From: Clostridia bacterium
GTDB lineage: Bacteria; Bacillota; Clostridia; Oscillospirales; CAG-272
DNA: 61,327 nt
NCBI GenBank assembly: GCA_017558715.1
Contig: JAFYTT010000299.1
Location: 1 to 61,327 of the forward strand
Direction: 5' to 3'
The notes under the pieces are model-generated. The model had not been told where the DNA came from. It made no database searches and saw only the letters and a program-made list of their open reading frames with translations. A program made the position numbers and the translations under genes. The first letter of the stretch is position 1. Each line of letters opens with the position of its first letter. Positions 24,312 to 34,494 of this stretch are shown here, one piece after another.

Positions 24312-25767
24312 TGCCGGAGCGCTTCACGCCGCGATCCTGAAGGAGAAGGCGGAGCGCAGCCTTTCAGATTTCATCGTGCAGGCGTGGCCAGTTATCGAAC
24401 CAGGCACGACATACGTGGACAACTGGCATATCGGACTGATAGCGGAGCACCTGCAGGCGGTAAACGACGGCGAATGCCGCCGCCTTATTATTAACATTCC
24501 GCCCCGACACATGAAGTCCATCGAAGCGACAGTCTGCTACCCCGCATGGACGTGGGCAAAGCGACCGGAGAAGCGCTTCATCAAGGTAAGCTACAGCGAT
24601 AGCCTCTCACGAAAGCACAATATTCTCACCAGAGACATCATCACCAGTCCGTGGTACCAGGAGAACTGGGGCGAGACGTTTACCCTCAAGGACGACGTCA
24701 ACCGTCAGAACGAATTCGAGAACAACCACCACGGCATGATGTACAGCACATCCGTCGGCGGCGCTATCACCGGTAACGGTGCCGACGTAATCATCATAGA
24801 CGACCCGCAGAACCCGCTCATGGCGAACAGCGAGACGGAGCGAGCCAACAGCATCAACTTCTTCAAAAACACGCTCCAGACGCGACTGAACGACCCGAAG
24901 ACCGGCGCCATTATCATCATCATGCAGCGACTGCACGAAAACGACCTCACCGGCTACGTCTTATCGGAAGACCTCGGATACACCCACCTCTGCCTCCCTG
25001 CAGAAGCACCGGAGCGCACGGTGATCACGTTCCCGAAGACCGGCAAGACAGTCATCCGGGAAGAGGGCGACATTCTGAACCCGCAGCGCTTCGACCACGA
25101 AGTCCTGGCAGGCTTGAAGAAATCAATGGGAAGCCTGCAGTACGCGGGACAATTCCAGCAGGTACCCGCACCGGCAGAAGGCGTCATATTCAAGCGCGAC
25201 TGGCTGAACAACTTCTACAGCGACGGAGCGGCACCAAGCACAATGGACATCCAGAGCTGGGATATGGCATTCACCAAGAGCGAAGGATCCGCAAAGGTAG
25301 CCGGCTACGTCATGGGACGACACGGCTCGGACATTTACATCAAAGACCTGGTGAACGACAAGATGAGCTTCACCGAATCGGTCGCGGCCGTCCGAACCCT
25401 TTCCGGCAAATGGAGCAGAGCCAGAGCGAAGGTGGTCGAGAACAAGGCAAACGGACCCGCCATCGTTGACCTTCTGAAGAAGGAGATCCCCGGAATGGTG
25501 GAATTCAACCCGAAGGGCAGCAAGGAAGAACGTGCGATCAGCGTGACGCCATACTTCGAGGCGGGAAATATTCACTTCCCGGACCCGAAGACGCACCCCT
25601 GGGTACACGACCTTATAAAAGACCTTCTGATATTCCCGAAGGGCACATTCAAGGACACCGTGGACGCCCTGGTGCAAGGCATTCTCTACTTGATGGATAA
25701 GCCGACCACCACCGGACCACCGAAGAACACAACACTCTCCAAAGAGAGCTACTGGCGCGGAAGATAA
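24268..25767 (+). CDS. terL: Terminase large subunit
   Basis: PRHMKS (Walker A-like region), VIIIDDPQN (Walker B) and a C-terminal nuclease-like region. TTG start 10 nt after gaggag. No in-frame ATG exists near the 5' end. Confidence 0.85.
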   Translation: MSSYWERYIQSPAFDAGALHAAILKEKAERSLSDFIVQAWPVIEPGTTYVDNWHIGLIAEHLQAVNDGECRRLIINIPPRHMKSIEATVCYPAWTWAKRPEKRFIKVSYSDSLSRKHNILTRDIITSPWYQENWGETFTLKDDVNRQNEFENNHHGMMYSTSVGGAITGNGADVIIIDDPQNPLMANSETERANSINFFKNTLQTRLNDPKTGAIIIIMQRLHENDLTGYVLSEDLGYTHLCLPAEAPERTVITFPKTGKTVIREEGDILNPQRFDHEVLAGLKKSMGSLQYAGQFQQVPAPAEGVIFKRDWLNNFYSDGAAPSTMDIQSWDMAFTKSEGSAKVAGYVMGRHGSDIYIKDLVNDKMSFTESVAAVRTLSGKWSRARAKVVENKANGPAIVDLLKKEIPGMVEFNPKGSKEERAISVTPYFEAGNIHFPDPKTHPWVHDLIKDLLIFPKGTFKDTVDALVQGILYLMDKPTTTGPPKNTTLSKESYWRGR

Positions 25768-25778
25768 CCAAAGCATTA

Positions 25779-25890
25779 TACAAGTACGGTGCGAGCATCG
25801 GAAAAGCACAGAACTATCCTCGCCTTAACCCTCAAACCTTATACCTTAAACCTTAACCCTCAAATGGGGAACCTTAAACCTTCAATACGG
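25779..25890 (+). repeat. Copy B of the two-copy element: 14-mer TACAAGTACGGTGC plus a 70-nt G-depleted CCTTAAAC-type array
   Basis: 25821-25890 aligns to 4755-4824 (55/70). Bracketed by the inverted repeat aaaagcac (25802-25809) / gtgctttt (25909-25916). Occupies an unusually long 183-nt terL-portal gap. Confidence 0.7.
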
Positions 25891-25950
25891 CAAGTGGCAC
25901 CCTTCCCGGTGCTTTTGCAATATAACAACCCGAAGAAAGGAGGAAACACA

Positions 25951-27393
25951 ATGGCAAACAGCATGAAAGAACTCGGTCGCCTCGGTCAGAAACGATACGG
26001 CGGCTTTTTTTACGAGGAATTCCTGAAGGAGCTGCAGGGCAGAAAAGGCATCGCGGTCTACCAGGAGATGAGCGAGAACGACGACGTCGTCGGCGCTATT
26101 CTCTTTGCGATCGAAATGCTAATACGCCAGGCAATCTGGGACGTGCAACCAGGCGGAACCACACCGGCAGACGAAGAAGCGCGAGACTTCGTGCTCTCCT
26201 GCATGGACGACATGAGCGACACCTGGAGCGATACCGTCTCGGAAATCCTCTCATTCTTAACCTACGGCTGGAGCGCCCACGAAATCGTCTACAAGCGACG
26301 CTGCGGCAAGCGGAAAGACCCGCGCCTTCGCAGTAAGTACACAGACGGTCTCATCGGTTGGCAGAAGCTCCCCATCAGAGCGCAAGAGACGCTCTACGAA
26401 TGGCTGTACGACGGCAACGATAACATCGTCGGTCTGGTACAGAACCCGCCTCCGGACTTCGGACTGATTAACATCCCGATCGAGAAGCTCCTGCTTTTCA
26501 AGACCAAGAGCCGCAAGGGCAACCCCGAAGGACGAAGCATCCTGCGAAACGCATACCGCGACTGGTACTTCAAGCGCCGCATTCAGGAGATCGAAGGCAT
26601 CGGTATCGAAAGAGACCTCGCCGGACTTCCCACAATGACCGCGCCGGAAGGACTGAACATCTGGGACGAAGAGGATCCGGAAATGGTCGCAATGCGAGCA
26701 GCTGCAGAGCGCGTCGTTCAGAACATCAGACGCGACAGCCTCGAAGGACTGGTCGTGCCGAACGGCTGGAAGGTGGAGCTTTTGAGCACCGGCGGACGCC
26801 GGCAGTTTGACACCAGCGCCATCATCGAGCGCTACGACAGCAGAATCGCCATGACGGTACTGGCGGACTTCATCCTGATGGGACACCAGAGCGTCGGCAG
26901 CTTCGCGCTTTCGAGCGACAAAACGAAGATGTTCAGCATGGCGATCGGCTCATACCTCGACATTATCTGCGAAGTTTTCAACAACGTCGCAATTCCCGCC
27001 CTTATCGATATAAACGGCGACCATTTCGCAGGCATCACGGACTACCCGCAGCTGACACACGGCGACGTGGAGGACGCGAACCTCGAAAAACTGGGCAACT
27101 TCATCAACCAGATGGTAGGATGCGGCGTCTTGATCCCGGACGAAGGTCTGGAGGATTTCGTCAGAGACGCAGCCGGAATGCCGGAACGCCTCGAAGACTG
27201 GGACGACAAAGAAGACACGTCGGCCAGCGACGGCGGTACCGACCCGAACGGCAACCAGAAAAACCCCACAAAGCCTCCCAGCTCCAACGTCTCCCCGGAT
27301 GACGACGACCTCGACACCGAGGAAGAAGACGCAGAAGACCTGGAAAAAGCCAAAAAGGCACGCCAGAGGCTCGGAAGGAAGGCGAGACGATGA
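25951..27393 (+). CDS. Portal protein
   Basis: 480 aa, directly after terL and before an SPP1 gp7/Mu F-type gene. ATG 25951 preceded by gaaaggagga. The track start 25789 reads through the repeat element. Confidence 0.8.
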   Translation: MANSMKELGRLGQKRYGGFFYEEFLKELQGRKGIAVYQEMSENDDVVGAILFAIEMLIRQAIWDVQPGGTTPADEEARDFVLSCMDDMSDTWSDTVSEILSFLTYGWSAHEIVYKRRCGKRKDPRLRSKYTDGLIGWQKLPIRAQETLYEWLYDGNDNIVGLVQNPPPDFGLINIPIEKLLLFKTKSRKGNPEGRSILRNAYRDWYFKRRIQEIEGIGIERDLAGLPTMTAPEGLNIWDEEDPEMVAMRAAAERVVQNIRRDSLEGLVVPNGWKVELLSTGGRRQFDTSAIIERYDSRIAMTVLADFILMGHQSVGSFALSSDKTKMFSMAIGSYLDIICEVFNNVAIPALIDINGDHFAGITDYPQLTHGDVEDANLEKLGNFINQMVGCGVLIPDEGLEDFVRDAAGMPERLEDWDDKEDTSASDGGTDPNGNQKNPTKPPSSNVSPDDDDLDTEEEDAEDLEKAKKARQRLGRKARR

Positions 27394-28328
27394 AACATAC
27401 CCATAAACACAAAAGGCTCGCCAAAGCCAAAACAAGGAACCAGAGGAACGCTCTGCACCGCTTGAATTCATTTCTGAATGCGAATCAGCGGAAGCCGGTG
27501 CGCCTCCTCATTTCCATGTGGAAGGACCAACAGCAGGCTATCACATACAAGCAGCTGCGCGAAGCAATTCTCCTCGGATACATGACCGAGGAAGAATTCA
27601 CGAACTGGCAGGACGACTACGTGGCGTTTTTCAACACCCACCTGAAGCCGATACTTGACAGCGCAACCTTCAAAGGCGGCAAGGACATCGCGGCCGCGCT
27701 TCTTCAGAACCCCGACCTCTATATGCCTATGACCACCGGCATCGACAACTGGATCACTGTCCACGGCGCCGAATGGATCACGCAGATGAGCGACGAAGCG
27801 AAGGAAGCGGTCTCCAGCATGATCCACTACACCGCCAAAGGACACATGACCGTTGACGAACTCGCCCGAATCATCAGACCGACCATCGGACTGACAGAAC
27901 CCCAGGCGCTCGCCAACGCGCATTATTACGAGAAGGTAAAGGCGAAGCTCATGGAGGATAATCCCACCATGAAGGAAACCACCGCCGCCAAGCGAGCCAG
28001 AGAGGCGGCCGCACGGTACGCCGGAAGGCAGCACCGGGAGCGCGCTCAAATGATAGCCGAAACGGAGCTGGCGTATGCCTACAACAAAGGTGCAGACGAC
28101 GCAATTCACCAGGCGCAGGACGCAGGACTGCTCCCCAGGATGAAAGCGGTATGGAGCACAGCGGACGACGAAGGGGTCTGCGGAATATGCGGCGCCCTGG
28201 ATGGCGTCGCGGTAGACCTCGGCGACAGCTTCGAGTACCAGGGCAAAAGCCTATACGGTGGACAGAAGCAAACCCCGCCTGCACACCCACGCTGCAGATG
28301 CGCCATCTGCTACGAAGAAGCAGAATAG
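27390..28328 (+). CDS. Minor head / head morphogenesis protein (SPP1 gp7 / Mu F family)
   Basis: C-terminal CGICGALDG...PPAHPRCRCAI motif typical of the family. ATGA coupling to the portal gene. Confidence 0.8.
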   Translation: MKHTHKHKRLAKAKTRNQRNALHRLNSFLNANQRKPVRLLISMWKDQQQAITYKQLREAILLGYMTEEEFTNWQDDYVAFFNTHLKPILDSATFKGGKDIAAALLQNPDLYMPMTTGIDNWITVHGAEWITQMSDEAKEAVSSMIHYTAKGHMTVDELARIIRPTIGLTEPQALANAHYYEKVKAKLMEDNPTMKETTAAKRAREAAARYAGRQHRERAQMIAETELAYAYNKGADDAIHQAQDAGLLPRMKAVWSTADDEGVCGICGALDGVAVDLGDSFEYQGKSLYGGQKQTPPAHPRCRCAICYEEAE

Positions 28329-28339
28329 GAGGAACGACA

Positions 28340-28813
28340 ATGTTCACATTCAAGGAGACTCTGAAAAAGGAGCCAATCGGAAAAGCGTCCGGGGTAACCG
28401 GGCGATTTAAGATAGCAAAATCGGACGACGACAAACGCCTCGCCTTCGGCTGGGCAAACGTCTCCGTGAGCGCCGCCGGAGAGCAGCTGGTCGACTGGCA
28501 CGAAGACATGATCGACATCGAAGAGCTGGAGCAGGCGGCTTATAAATTCGTGGAGCTTTACCGCGAAGGCGGAGAGATGCACGAACGCGGCGGATGCGCC
28601 GTCCTCATTGAGAGCATGGTATTCACCAAAGAGAAGCAGGCTGCCCTCGGACTTCCCGAAGGCACCGTCCCGGAAGGCTGGTGGATCGGTTTCTACGTAA
28701 CCGACGACGACGTCTGGGAAAAGGTCAAATCCGGAGAATACCCGATGTTCAGCATCGAGGGCGAAGCCATCAGAGAGCCGGTCGAAGAGCCTGCCGCAGG
28801 AGCCGAAGCGTAA
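28340..28813 (+). CDS. XkdF-like putative prohead serine protease
   Basis: KSDDDKRLAFGWANVS...DWHEDMIDIEELEQAAYKFV...MHE...ESMVF pattern of the XkdF family. RBS taggagga. Confidence 0.65.
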   Translation: MFTFKETLKKEPIGKASGVTGRFKIAKSDDDKRLAFGWANVSVSAAGEQLVDWHEDMIDIEELEQAAYKFVELYREGGEMHERGGCAVLIESMVFTKEKQAALGLPEGTVPEGWWIGFYVTDDDVWEKVKSGEYPMFSIEGEAIREPVEEPAAGAEA

Positions 28814-28855
28814 GCTCGGCAAATTACCGGCAAATTAAAAACCCTGATAAATAGA

Positions 28856-28885
28856 GGGATGCCGCACCGTCGGCGCCCTTTGTTT
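28856..28885 (+). terminator. Candidate rho-independent terminator / attenuator inside the head module
   Basis: gggatgccg-caccgt-cggcgccc stem followed by tttgttt. Confidence 0.5.
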
Positions 28886-28914
28886 ATAAATTCAGCAAGA
28901 AAGGAGGAAAACCA

Positions 28915-30141
28915 GTGGCAAAATCGAAACTCAAGGACCTGAAAATCACGAAGGTAGACTTCGTGGATGCTGGCGCCAACCAGCAGGCGGACGTTCTTCT
29001 CTTCAAGAACAAAGAGGGAGCACCCGCACCCGCAGCGGCAGAACCTGCTCACCAGAGCATGGTGAAGCGCTTCCTGGCGGGAGTGATGTCCATCGCAAAG
29101 CGCGAAGGCATCGAGCAAACGGAAATCGAGGAAATCGCCAAAGGATGCGACGCGGAGACTTTCGATGAGAAATTCCAATCCGCACAGCTCCGCAAGACGA
29201 CCGACGAAATCTGGGACTTCTGCTATTTCCTGCAGGATAGCCTCTGCTCCATCGTCCGCGATGCCGACGTGGCAGTCGCCGACAAAGGCACGATGATGAG
29301 TCAGAGCCTCGCTGAATTCAACGAAGCGGTCACGGCCGCAATCGCACTCTGGGCAAGCGGCACACCCACAAAGGTGTTGAAATCCGCGCCCGAAATGACT
29401 GCCGAACAGATAGAAGTCGCCAAAGCAAGGCTGGCGGCTATTATCGCCAAATCCACCGGCACAGAACCTGCCGGAACCACAAACCCTGGCACCGATCCGG
29501 TGACCAAAACAACGAAAGGAGTCGACGAAGACATGAAAATCGACAAGAGCAAACTCACCCCTGAAGAGCTCGCTGCTCTCGAAGCGATCGAGAAGAAGGC
29601 TGGCATTCAGGAAGAACCCGCCGCTACTGACCCCGTGGCAAAGTCCACAGAGCCTGCGGCAACTGAACCCGCTGCTGAACCTGCAGCAACCGATCCCGCT
29701 CCTGCTGCCGAGCCTGCCGGCAACGAGGACATCTACAAGGGTCTCCACCCTGCCGTAGCCGCTGAATTGAAGGCGCTCCGCAAGAGAGCCGACGAAGCAG
29801 AGGATCGCGAGCTCGCAGAGGTAGCCAAGAAGTACGAGATCATCGGCAAGAAGCCTGAAGAACTCGTTCCTCTCTTCAAGAGCCTCAAGGCAGCCGGCGG
29901 CGCAGCTTACGACCAGATGATCGCCGTTTTGGACGCTTCCGTTCAGACCGTCGAGAAGTCCGGCGCATTCAGCGAAATCGGCAAGAGCACCAGCGGCGGT
30001 CAGTCCGACGCATGGGCACAGATCGAGAAGCACGCTGAAGCAATTCAGAAGAGTGCTCCTACTATGACCTGGAACCAGGCTATCGACAAAGCCTGCGAAC
30101 AGCACCCTGAACTCGTAGCCGAATACGAGACCAACAGATAA
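28915..30141 (+). CDS. Scaffolding protein (Ala/Pro/Glu-rich)
   Basis: Position between the protease and decoration/capsid genes. Low-complexity PAAT/EPAA repeats and helical segments. GTG start after aaaggagga. Confidence 0.55.
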   Translation: MAKSKLKDLKITKVDFVDAGANQQADVLLFKNKEGAPAPAAAEPAHQSMVKRFLAGVMSIAKREGIEQTEIEEIAKGCDAETFDEKFQSAQLRKTTDEIWDFCYFLQDSLCSIVRDADVAVADKGTMMSQSLAEFNEAVTAAIALWASGTPTKVLKSAPEMTAEQIEVAKARLAAIIAKSTGTEPAGTTNPGTDPVTKTTKGVDEDMKIDKSKLTPEELAALEAIEKKAGIQEEPAATDPVAKSTEPAATEPAAEPAATDPAPAAEPAGNEDIYKGLHPAVAAELKALRKRADEAEDRELAEVAKKYEIIGKKPEELVPLFKSLKAAGGAAYDQMIAVLDASVQTVEKSGAFSEIGKSTSGGQSDAWAQIEKHAEAIQKSAPTMTWNQAIDKACEQHPELVAEYETNR

Positions 30142-30153
30142 GGAGGAGAAATC

Positions 30154-30546
30154 ATGAGCTATTTCGGAACTACTATCAACGACAGCGCCACCATCGTGGG
30201 CGCAGCCGCAGCGGCACTCGAAAACAACGCGTTTCTTGCCGCTAAATTCGACAGCAACGGCAAAATCGCCGTAGCTAACACCAAGGGCGAGAACGCCGTC
30301 GGCTTATTCCTCGCAGCAGAGGAAGGCATCAAAGCCGGCGAGGACGTAACCGTCCAGATCAAGGAGTGCGGTCTCTGGAAGGCTGGCGAAGCCGTAAAAG
30401 CCGGGGACGAACTCACCACAGACGCCAACGGTAAAGCCATCAAGGCTACTGCTGGCAATTTCATCACCGCTATCGCGCTTGAAGCAGCCAACGCCGCAGA
30501 CGACGTCATCAAGGTACAGATCGTCAAGGCTGGCTACAAGGCGTAA
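30154..30546 (+). CDS. DUF2190-type head decoration / capsid cement protein
   Basis: 130 aa immediately upstream of the major capsid gene. G(E/D)(D/E)V..Q and A..AGD pattern typical of DUF2190. Confidence 0.6.
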   Translation: MSYFGTTINDSATIVGAAAAALENNAFLAAKFDSNGKIAVANTKGENAVGLFLAAEEGIKAGEDVTVQIKECGLWKAGEAVKAGDELTTDANGKAIKATAGNFITAIALEAANAADDVIKVQIVKAGYKA

Positions 30547-30568
30547 CCGCTAAAGGAGGATACCAACA

Positions 30569-31591
30569 ATGAAAAACACTAACGCAGGCATCCAGAGCGC
30601 AATCGCGAAAGGCTGGAAGCCTAACAACTATTTGACAAATATGTCAATGGCGCATTTCGCCAACCCCGCAGACTTTGTCGCAACGAAGATCTTCCCGATC
30701 TGCCCCGTTGCACAGAGCTCCAGCTACTACTACAAATTCAGCAAGGCAGACCTCGCTCGCGACAACGTGAGCCGCAAGCCTGCCTTCGGTAAGGTTCAGC
30801 CTGCCATCATGGGTCAGACCGACGACACCTACAAGTGCGAAGTCGATCAGATCATCGTGGGCATCGACCAGATCGCAACTCTCGACTTCCAGAGAGCTCA
30901 CGCTCCTGGCGTAGCCGATCCTCGCCGCGCGAAGGTTCGCTTCGCAACAGAGCAGATGCTCCTCCACCAGGACATCCTCTTCGCGAACAACTTCTTCAAA
31001 GCTGGCGTATGGGCAAACGAGTGGTCCGGTGTTGCTGACGGCGCATCCGACGGCGAGAAGAAATTCCTCAAGTTTACTGACGCCAACTTCGATCCCGTGA
31101 ACTTCTTCGACGCACGCAAGAAGGACATCAAGCTCTCCGGCCGCAGAACTCCTAACAAGCTCTGCCTCGGCGTGGATGCCTTCAACGCATTGAAGAACCA
31201 CGGCGACATCATCGAGCGCGTGAAGTACACCGGCAGCACCGCAAACCCTGCGACTGTCAACGAGCAGGTTCTCGCCCAGCTCTTCGGCTTCAAGGAAGTC
31301 GTTGTGCTTGAGAGCACCTACAACTCCGCAGGCATCGGCGGCGAGAACATGGAATTCATCTGCGATCCCGCCGGCGCTTTGCTTTGCTACGTAACTGACG
31401 CACCTGCCATCGACGAACCTTCTGCCGGTTATATCTTCACTTGGGATATGCTCGGCAACGGCCAGCACGTGGCATTCGACCAGTACGAAGGCGAGAAGGG
31501 CACCCACAGCGAATTCATCGAAGGCTTGATGTCCAGCGACATGAAGAAGACCTGCGACGACCTCGCTATCTACTTCAAGGAATGCGTATAA
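30569..31591 (+). CDS. Major capsid protein
   Basis: 340 aa with a strong RBS aaaggagga. Synteny after the decoration protein. Size comparable to lambda gpE-type capsid proteins. Confidence 0.75.
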   Translation: MKNTNAGIQSAIAKGWKPNNYLTNMSMAHFANPADFVATKIFPICPVAQSSSYYYKFSKADLARDNVSRKPAFGKVQPAIMGQTDDTYKCEVDQIIVGIDQIATLDFQRAHAPGVADPRRAKVRFATEQMLLHQDILFANNFFKAGVWANEWSGVADGASDGEKKFLKFTDANFDPVNFFDARKKDIKLSGRRTPNKLCLGVDAFNALKNHGDIIERVKYTGSTANPATVNEQVLAQLFGFKEVVVLESTYNSAGIGGENMEFICDPAGALLCYVTDAPAIDEPSAGYIFTWDMLGNGQHVAFDQYEGEKGTHSEFIEGLMSSDMKKTCDDLAIYFKECV

Positions 31592-31604
31592 GGAGGGGCG
31601 AACA

Positions 31605-32114
31605 ATGAACGGCTATATTGCACTTAAATCCATTACTCTCTCCGGCGTCGCTTACGCCGCAGGAGACAGCATCCCGGCTGACGCCGTTCTCCCTTCCCGC
31701 GTTCCCGCTCTTATTCGCACCAAGTCCATCGCTCGCGCAAACGAGCACCCCGCAGAAGCGCAGAAAACGCCCCAGGACGACGCGAACAACTTCGGAGGGG
31801 TAAACTTACCCATCCACACCGAAGACGGCATCCTGGAGCTTCCTGCGAGCGGTGAGGACATCGTGAAGGCGGTCGAGGTCATGCAGATGAACGCAGACGA
31901 TGCCGCAAAGGCAGTCGGCGACATTGAGTCGGAGACGGCTCTCATCATCATTGACGCCTGCGAAAGCAGAAAGACTGTCAAATCAGCCGTAAAGGCAAGA
32001 GCGGAAGAACTCAACGCAGCAGCTGAAGGCGACGGCGACGATGACCAGGACGGTCAGAACGGCGCCGACGGTACCGGCACGGAGGGAGACACCGAAGACG
32101 GCGGTGATGAGTAA
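31605..32114 (+). CDS. Hypothetical head-associated protein with acidic C-terminus
   Basis: Synteny. RBS aaggagg. DGDDDQDG...EDGGDE tail. Confidence 0.5.
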   Translation: MNGYIALKSITLSGVAYAAGDSIPADAVLPSRVPALIRTKSIARANEHPAEAQKTPQDDANNFGGVNLPIHTEDGILELPASGEDIVKAVEVMQMNADDAAKAVGDIESETALIIIDACESRKTVKSAVKARAEELNAAAEGDGDDDQDGQNGADGTGTEGDTEDGGDE

Positions 32115-32554
32115 TGGCAAGATACACCTACTCATACGACGCCACCAAAATCGGCGAACGCGGAAAGGATAGGATGCGCTTCGAGCTCGGCGACATTATG
32201 GTCGAGGGCATGGAGCAGACGTCCGCCCTTTCCGACGAAGAGTACAACGCCATCATCCAGGCATACCCCGGCAAGTGGAAGAAGGCGAAGCTGGCGCTCA
32301 TCGAGAGCATCATGCGACGCTTTTCTTACGAGGTGGACACCGACGTGGGTCCGCTTTCCCTTTCCCTTCGCCAGAGATATGACGACTGGAAGGCGATGTA
32401 CGACCAGCTGAAGAAAGAGGTCTGCGCGGCTACCGTTCCCAGCGCAAACCCGGCGGCGATAAACGGTGGTCATTACTTCACAGAAGGAATGCACAACAAC
32501 CCGAACGCCGGAGGAACGGAGGCGAAAGGAGGCGGCCGTCGTGTTTTACCATAG
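32114..32554 (+). CDS. Hypothetical head-completion/connector protein
   Basis: Synteny only. Confidence 0.4.
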   Translation: MARYTYSYDATKIGERGKDRMRFELGDIMVEGMEQTSALSDEEYNAIIQAYPGKWKKAKLALIESIMRRFSYEVDTDVGPLSLSLRQRYDDWKAMYDQLKKEVCAATVPSANPAAINGGHYFTEGMHNNPNAGGTEAKGGGRRVLP

Positions 32555-32900
32555 ACCTGAAAACCTCTGGAAGGATTTCGTGGTCGAGAGCAAGACTGAA
32601 AGCACGACAAGCCGAGGACGCGCGGCAAATTCCTACGATACCGAGCACCCCGAATACATCCACGCCATATTGTGCGGCGCCACTCCCAGCGAGAAATTGA
32701 AATACCACCAGATGGGACACCCGATAACCCACGTTATAAGCCACCGAGGAAAGCCGAAAGCCAAAGAGGGCGACCGGCTCATACTCCAAAATCGCGCATT
32801 TTATGTGCAGGGCGTGGACGATCCGGGCGACCAGGGACTCTGGGCAATTTACTACGCGGAGGAAAGGAGCGACGCTCACGATGGAAATCAACTGGAGTAA
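32541..32900 (+). CDS. Head-tail adaptor / head closure protein (tentative)
   Basis: GTG 32541 preceded by gaaaggagg. DRLILQNRAFYVQGVDDPGDQGLWAIYYAEE resembles the head-tail joining family. Confidence 0.45.
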   Translation: MFYHRPENLWKDFVVESKTESTTSRGRAANSYDTEHPEYIHAILCGATPSEKLKYHQMGHPITHVISHRGKPKAKEGDRLILQNRAFYVQGVDDPGDQGLWAIYYAEERSDAHDGNQLE

Positions 32901-33321
32901 GCAAGAGGCGGCGGTACAGAATCGCATCAAGGAAGCCGTGAGAGACGCCAACACGAAGGCACAGTCGTGCGCCGTCCGAGCTTCCAACCACCTACGCAAT
33001 GCCGCCCTGACAGTCCTTCGAGGACAGCGCAGCGGCAGGCGGTACAAAAAGCCGCACACCAAGACCTACTACACCGCATCGGCGCCGGGAGAGCCACCGG
33101 CGGTACGGACCGGAATGCTCCGCATGAGCTGGGGCATGAAAGCCGAGGGCGACGGCAAGGGCAACTACACAGCCGGAATCTACACCGACGTGCCCTACGC
33201 AGAAGACCTCGACACCGGCACACCGGGCGGAAAGATAAAACCACGTCCGTACAAAGACAAGATCATCGAGACAGCCAAGCCGAAGGTCGTCTCGGTTTTC
33301 GCAGAGCTCGAAACAAAGTGA
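32881..33321 (+). CDS. HK97 gp10-like tail-completion/neck protein (tentative)
   Basis: GEPPAVRTGMLRMSW...VPYAEDLDTGT...KPRPY pattern. Confidence 0.5.
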   Translation: MEINWSKQEAAVQNRIKEAVRDANTKAQSCAVRASNHLRNAALTVLRGQRSGRRYKKPHTKTYYTASAPGEPPAVRTGMLRMSWGMKAEGDGKGNYTAGIYTDVPYAEDLDTGTPGGKIKPRPYKDKIIETAKPKVVSVFAELETK

Positions 33322-33334
33322 GAGGAGGAAAGCC

Positions 33335-33616
33335 ATGTCGATTACCACAAACACCACCGCGCCGTCATTCAATGGTGCGAAGGTTCAGAAGGGCGACTTC
33401 ATCAGAGCGAAATACCGCTCCTGGGAGAAGCCGCACAACGGTCTCGTAGCAAACGTGACCGAGGACGAAATCCGCGTCCTTTACGTGCCTGACATCGGGA
33501 ACGTGACGAACTACTTCGTCATTCCGATCGCAGAGGTCGCAGAAGGACTCTGGACGCTTTCGGTCAGCGCCGATATGAAGACCGTGGAAACGGAGGGCGG
33601 AAACGATGACGCTTGA
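33335..33616 (+). CDS. Hypothetical protein (93 aa)
   Basis: RBS gaggagga. Synteny. Confidence 0.5.
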   Translation: MSITTNTTAPSFNGAKVQKGDFIRAKYRSWEKPHNGLVANVTEDEIRVLYVPDIGNVTNYFVIPIAEVAEGLWTLSVSADMKTVETEGGNDDA

Positions 33617-34493
33617 AGATTTAATCTACCAGCGGCTGACACAGCACCCCTCCCTCATTAAGAAGCTGGCGAAATACGCCAGCGCTCCGGCCGTATTCTT
33701 TCAGAACGCACCGGACGACAAGGCACAAGGCTGGAAAGGGCGCCTGCAGTACCCGCGTATCGATTACGTCGTGGATCTGCAGCACAACCCGGAGAGAAAA
33801 ACCAGCGGCTCCCTCACCCTGAACATCTGGAGCACAGAAGAAGCAGGCGTAACGCCGCCGGAGGAACTGGAGCCGATCGTGCGCCAGCTCTTATGCGGCG
33901 TTTTTCTAAAGCCGCAAGACGCTCCCCCTTATGCTTTGTCATGGGCAAGGAGTGAACCGTTCGACGCACCCAGAGAAGGCACAGACGGAATCGTCATAGG
34001 TGCAACGATCATCTTCGACGTTTTCGCGTTCCCTTCCCAGGTCACAACGGATCCCGACCCCATTCTGGCAATAAACCAATTCGCAAAACAGCTGATACCG
34101 TGCGCCACCGTCATCGGCAAGGACGACCTCATGGCAGAGACCGTCCCGACGGAGAAAACCCCGGCGCTTTATTTCCGACTGGAGACGATGAGAAACCAGC
34201 GAGAGACCAACACCGTCGCATGGATGGATGCGGTCATTGCAGGTCACGTCTTCGCCGGAGGCGAGGAGACCACCTGGATCAGAGCCATCGTAGACGCGCT
34301 GGCGCTGAACGGAGAGGTAACGATGCTCGACACGTCCCCGATGTTTATCACAACGCTGACGGCAGACAGCACCCTCAACGCCACATCTGCAGGACAGCTC
34401 CGGATCGGCGTCCGCTTCGGACTTTTGCGAAGGAAACCACTACCCCATGTACTGCACAACGCAAACATGGAGCAAACCAAAGGAGGCGAGTAA
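33606..34493 (+). CDS. Hypothetical neck/tail-terminator region protein (295 aa)
   Basis: Synteny upstream of the sheath gene. Confidence 0.4.
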   Translation: MTLEDLIYQRLTQHPSLIKKLAKYASAPAVFFQNAPDDKAQGWKGRLQYPRIDYVVDLQHNPERKTSGSLTLNIWSTEEAGVTPPEELEPIVRQLLCGVFLKPQDAPPYALSWARSEPFDAPREGTDGIVIGATIIFDVFAFPSQVTTDPDPILAINQFAKQLIPCATVIGKDDLMAETVPTEKTPALYFRLETMRNQRETNTVAWMDAVIAGHVFAGGEETTWIRAIVDALALNGEVTMLDTSPMFITTLTADSTLNATSAGQLRIGVRFGLLRRKPLPHVLHNANMEQTKGGE

Positions 34494-34494
34494 T

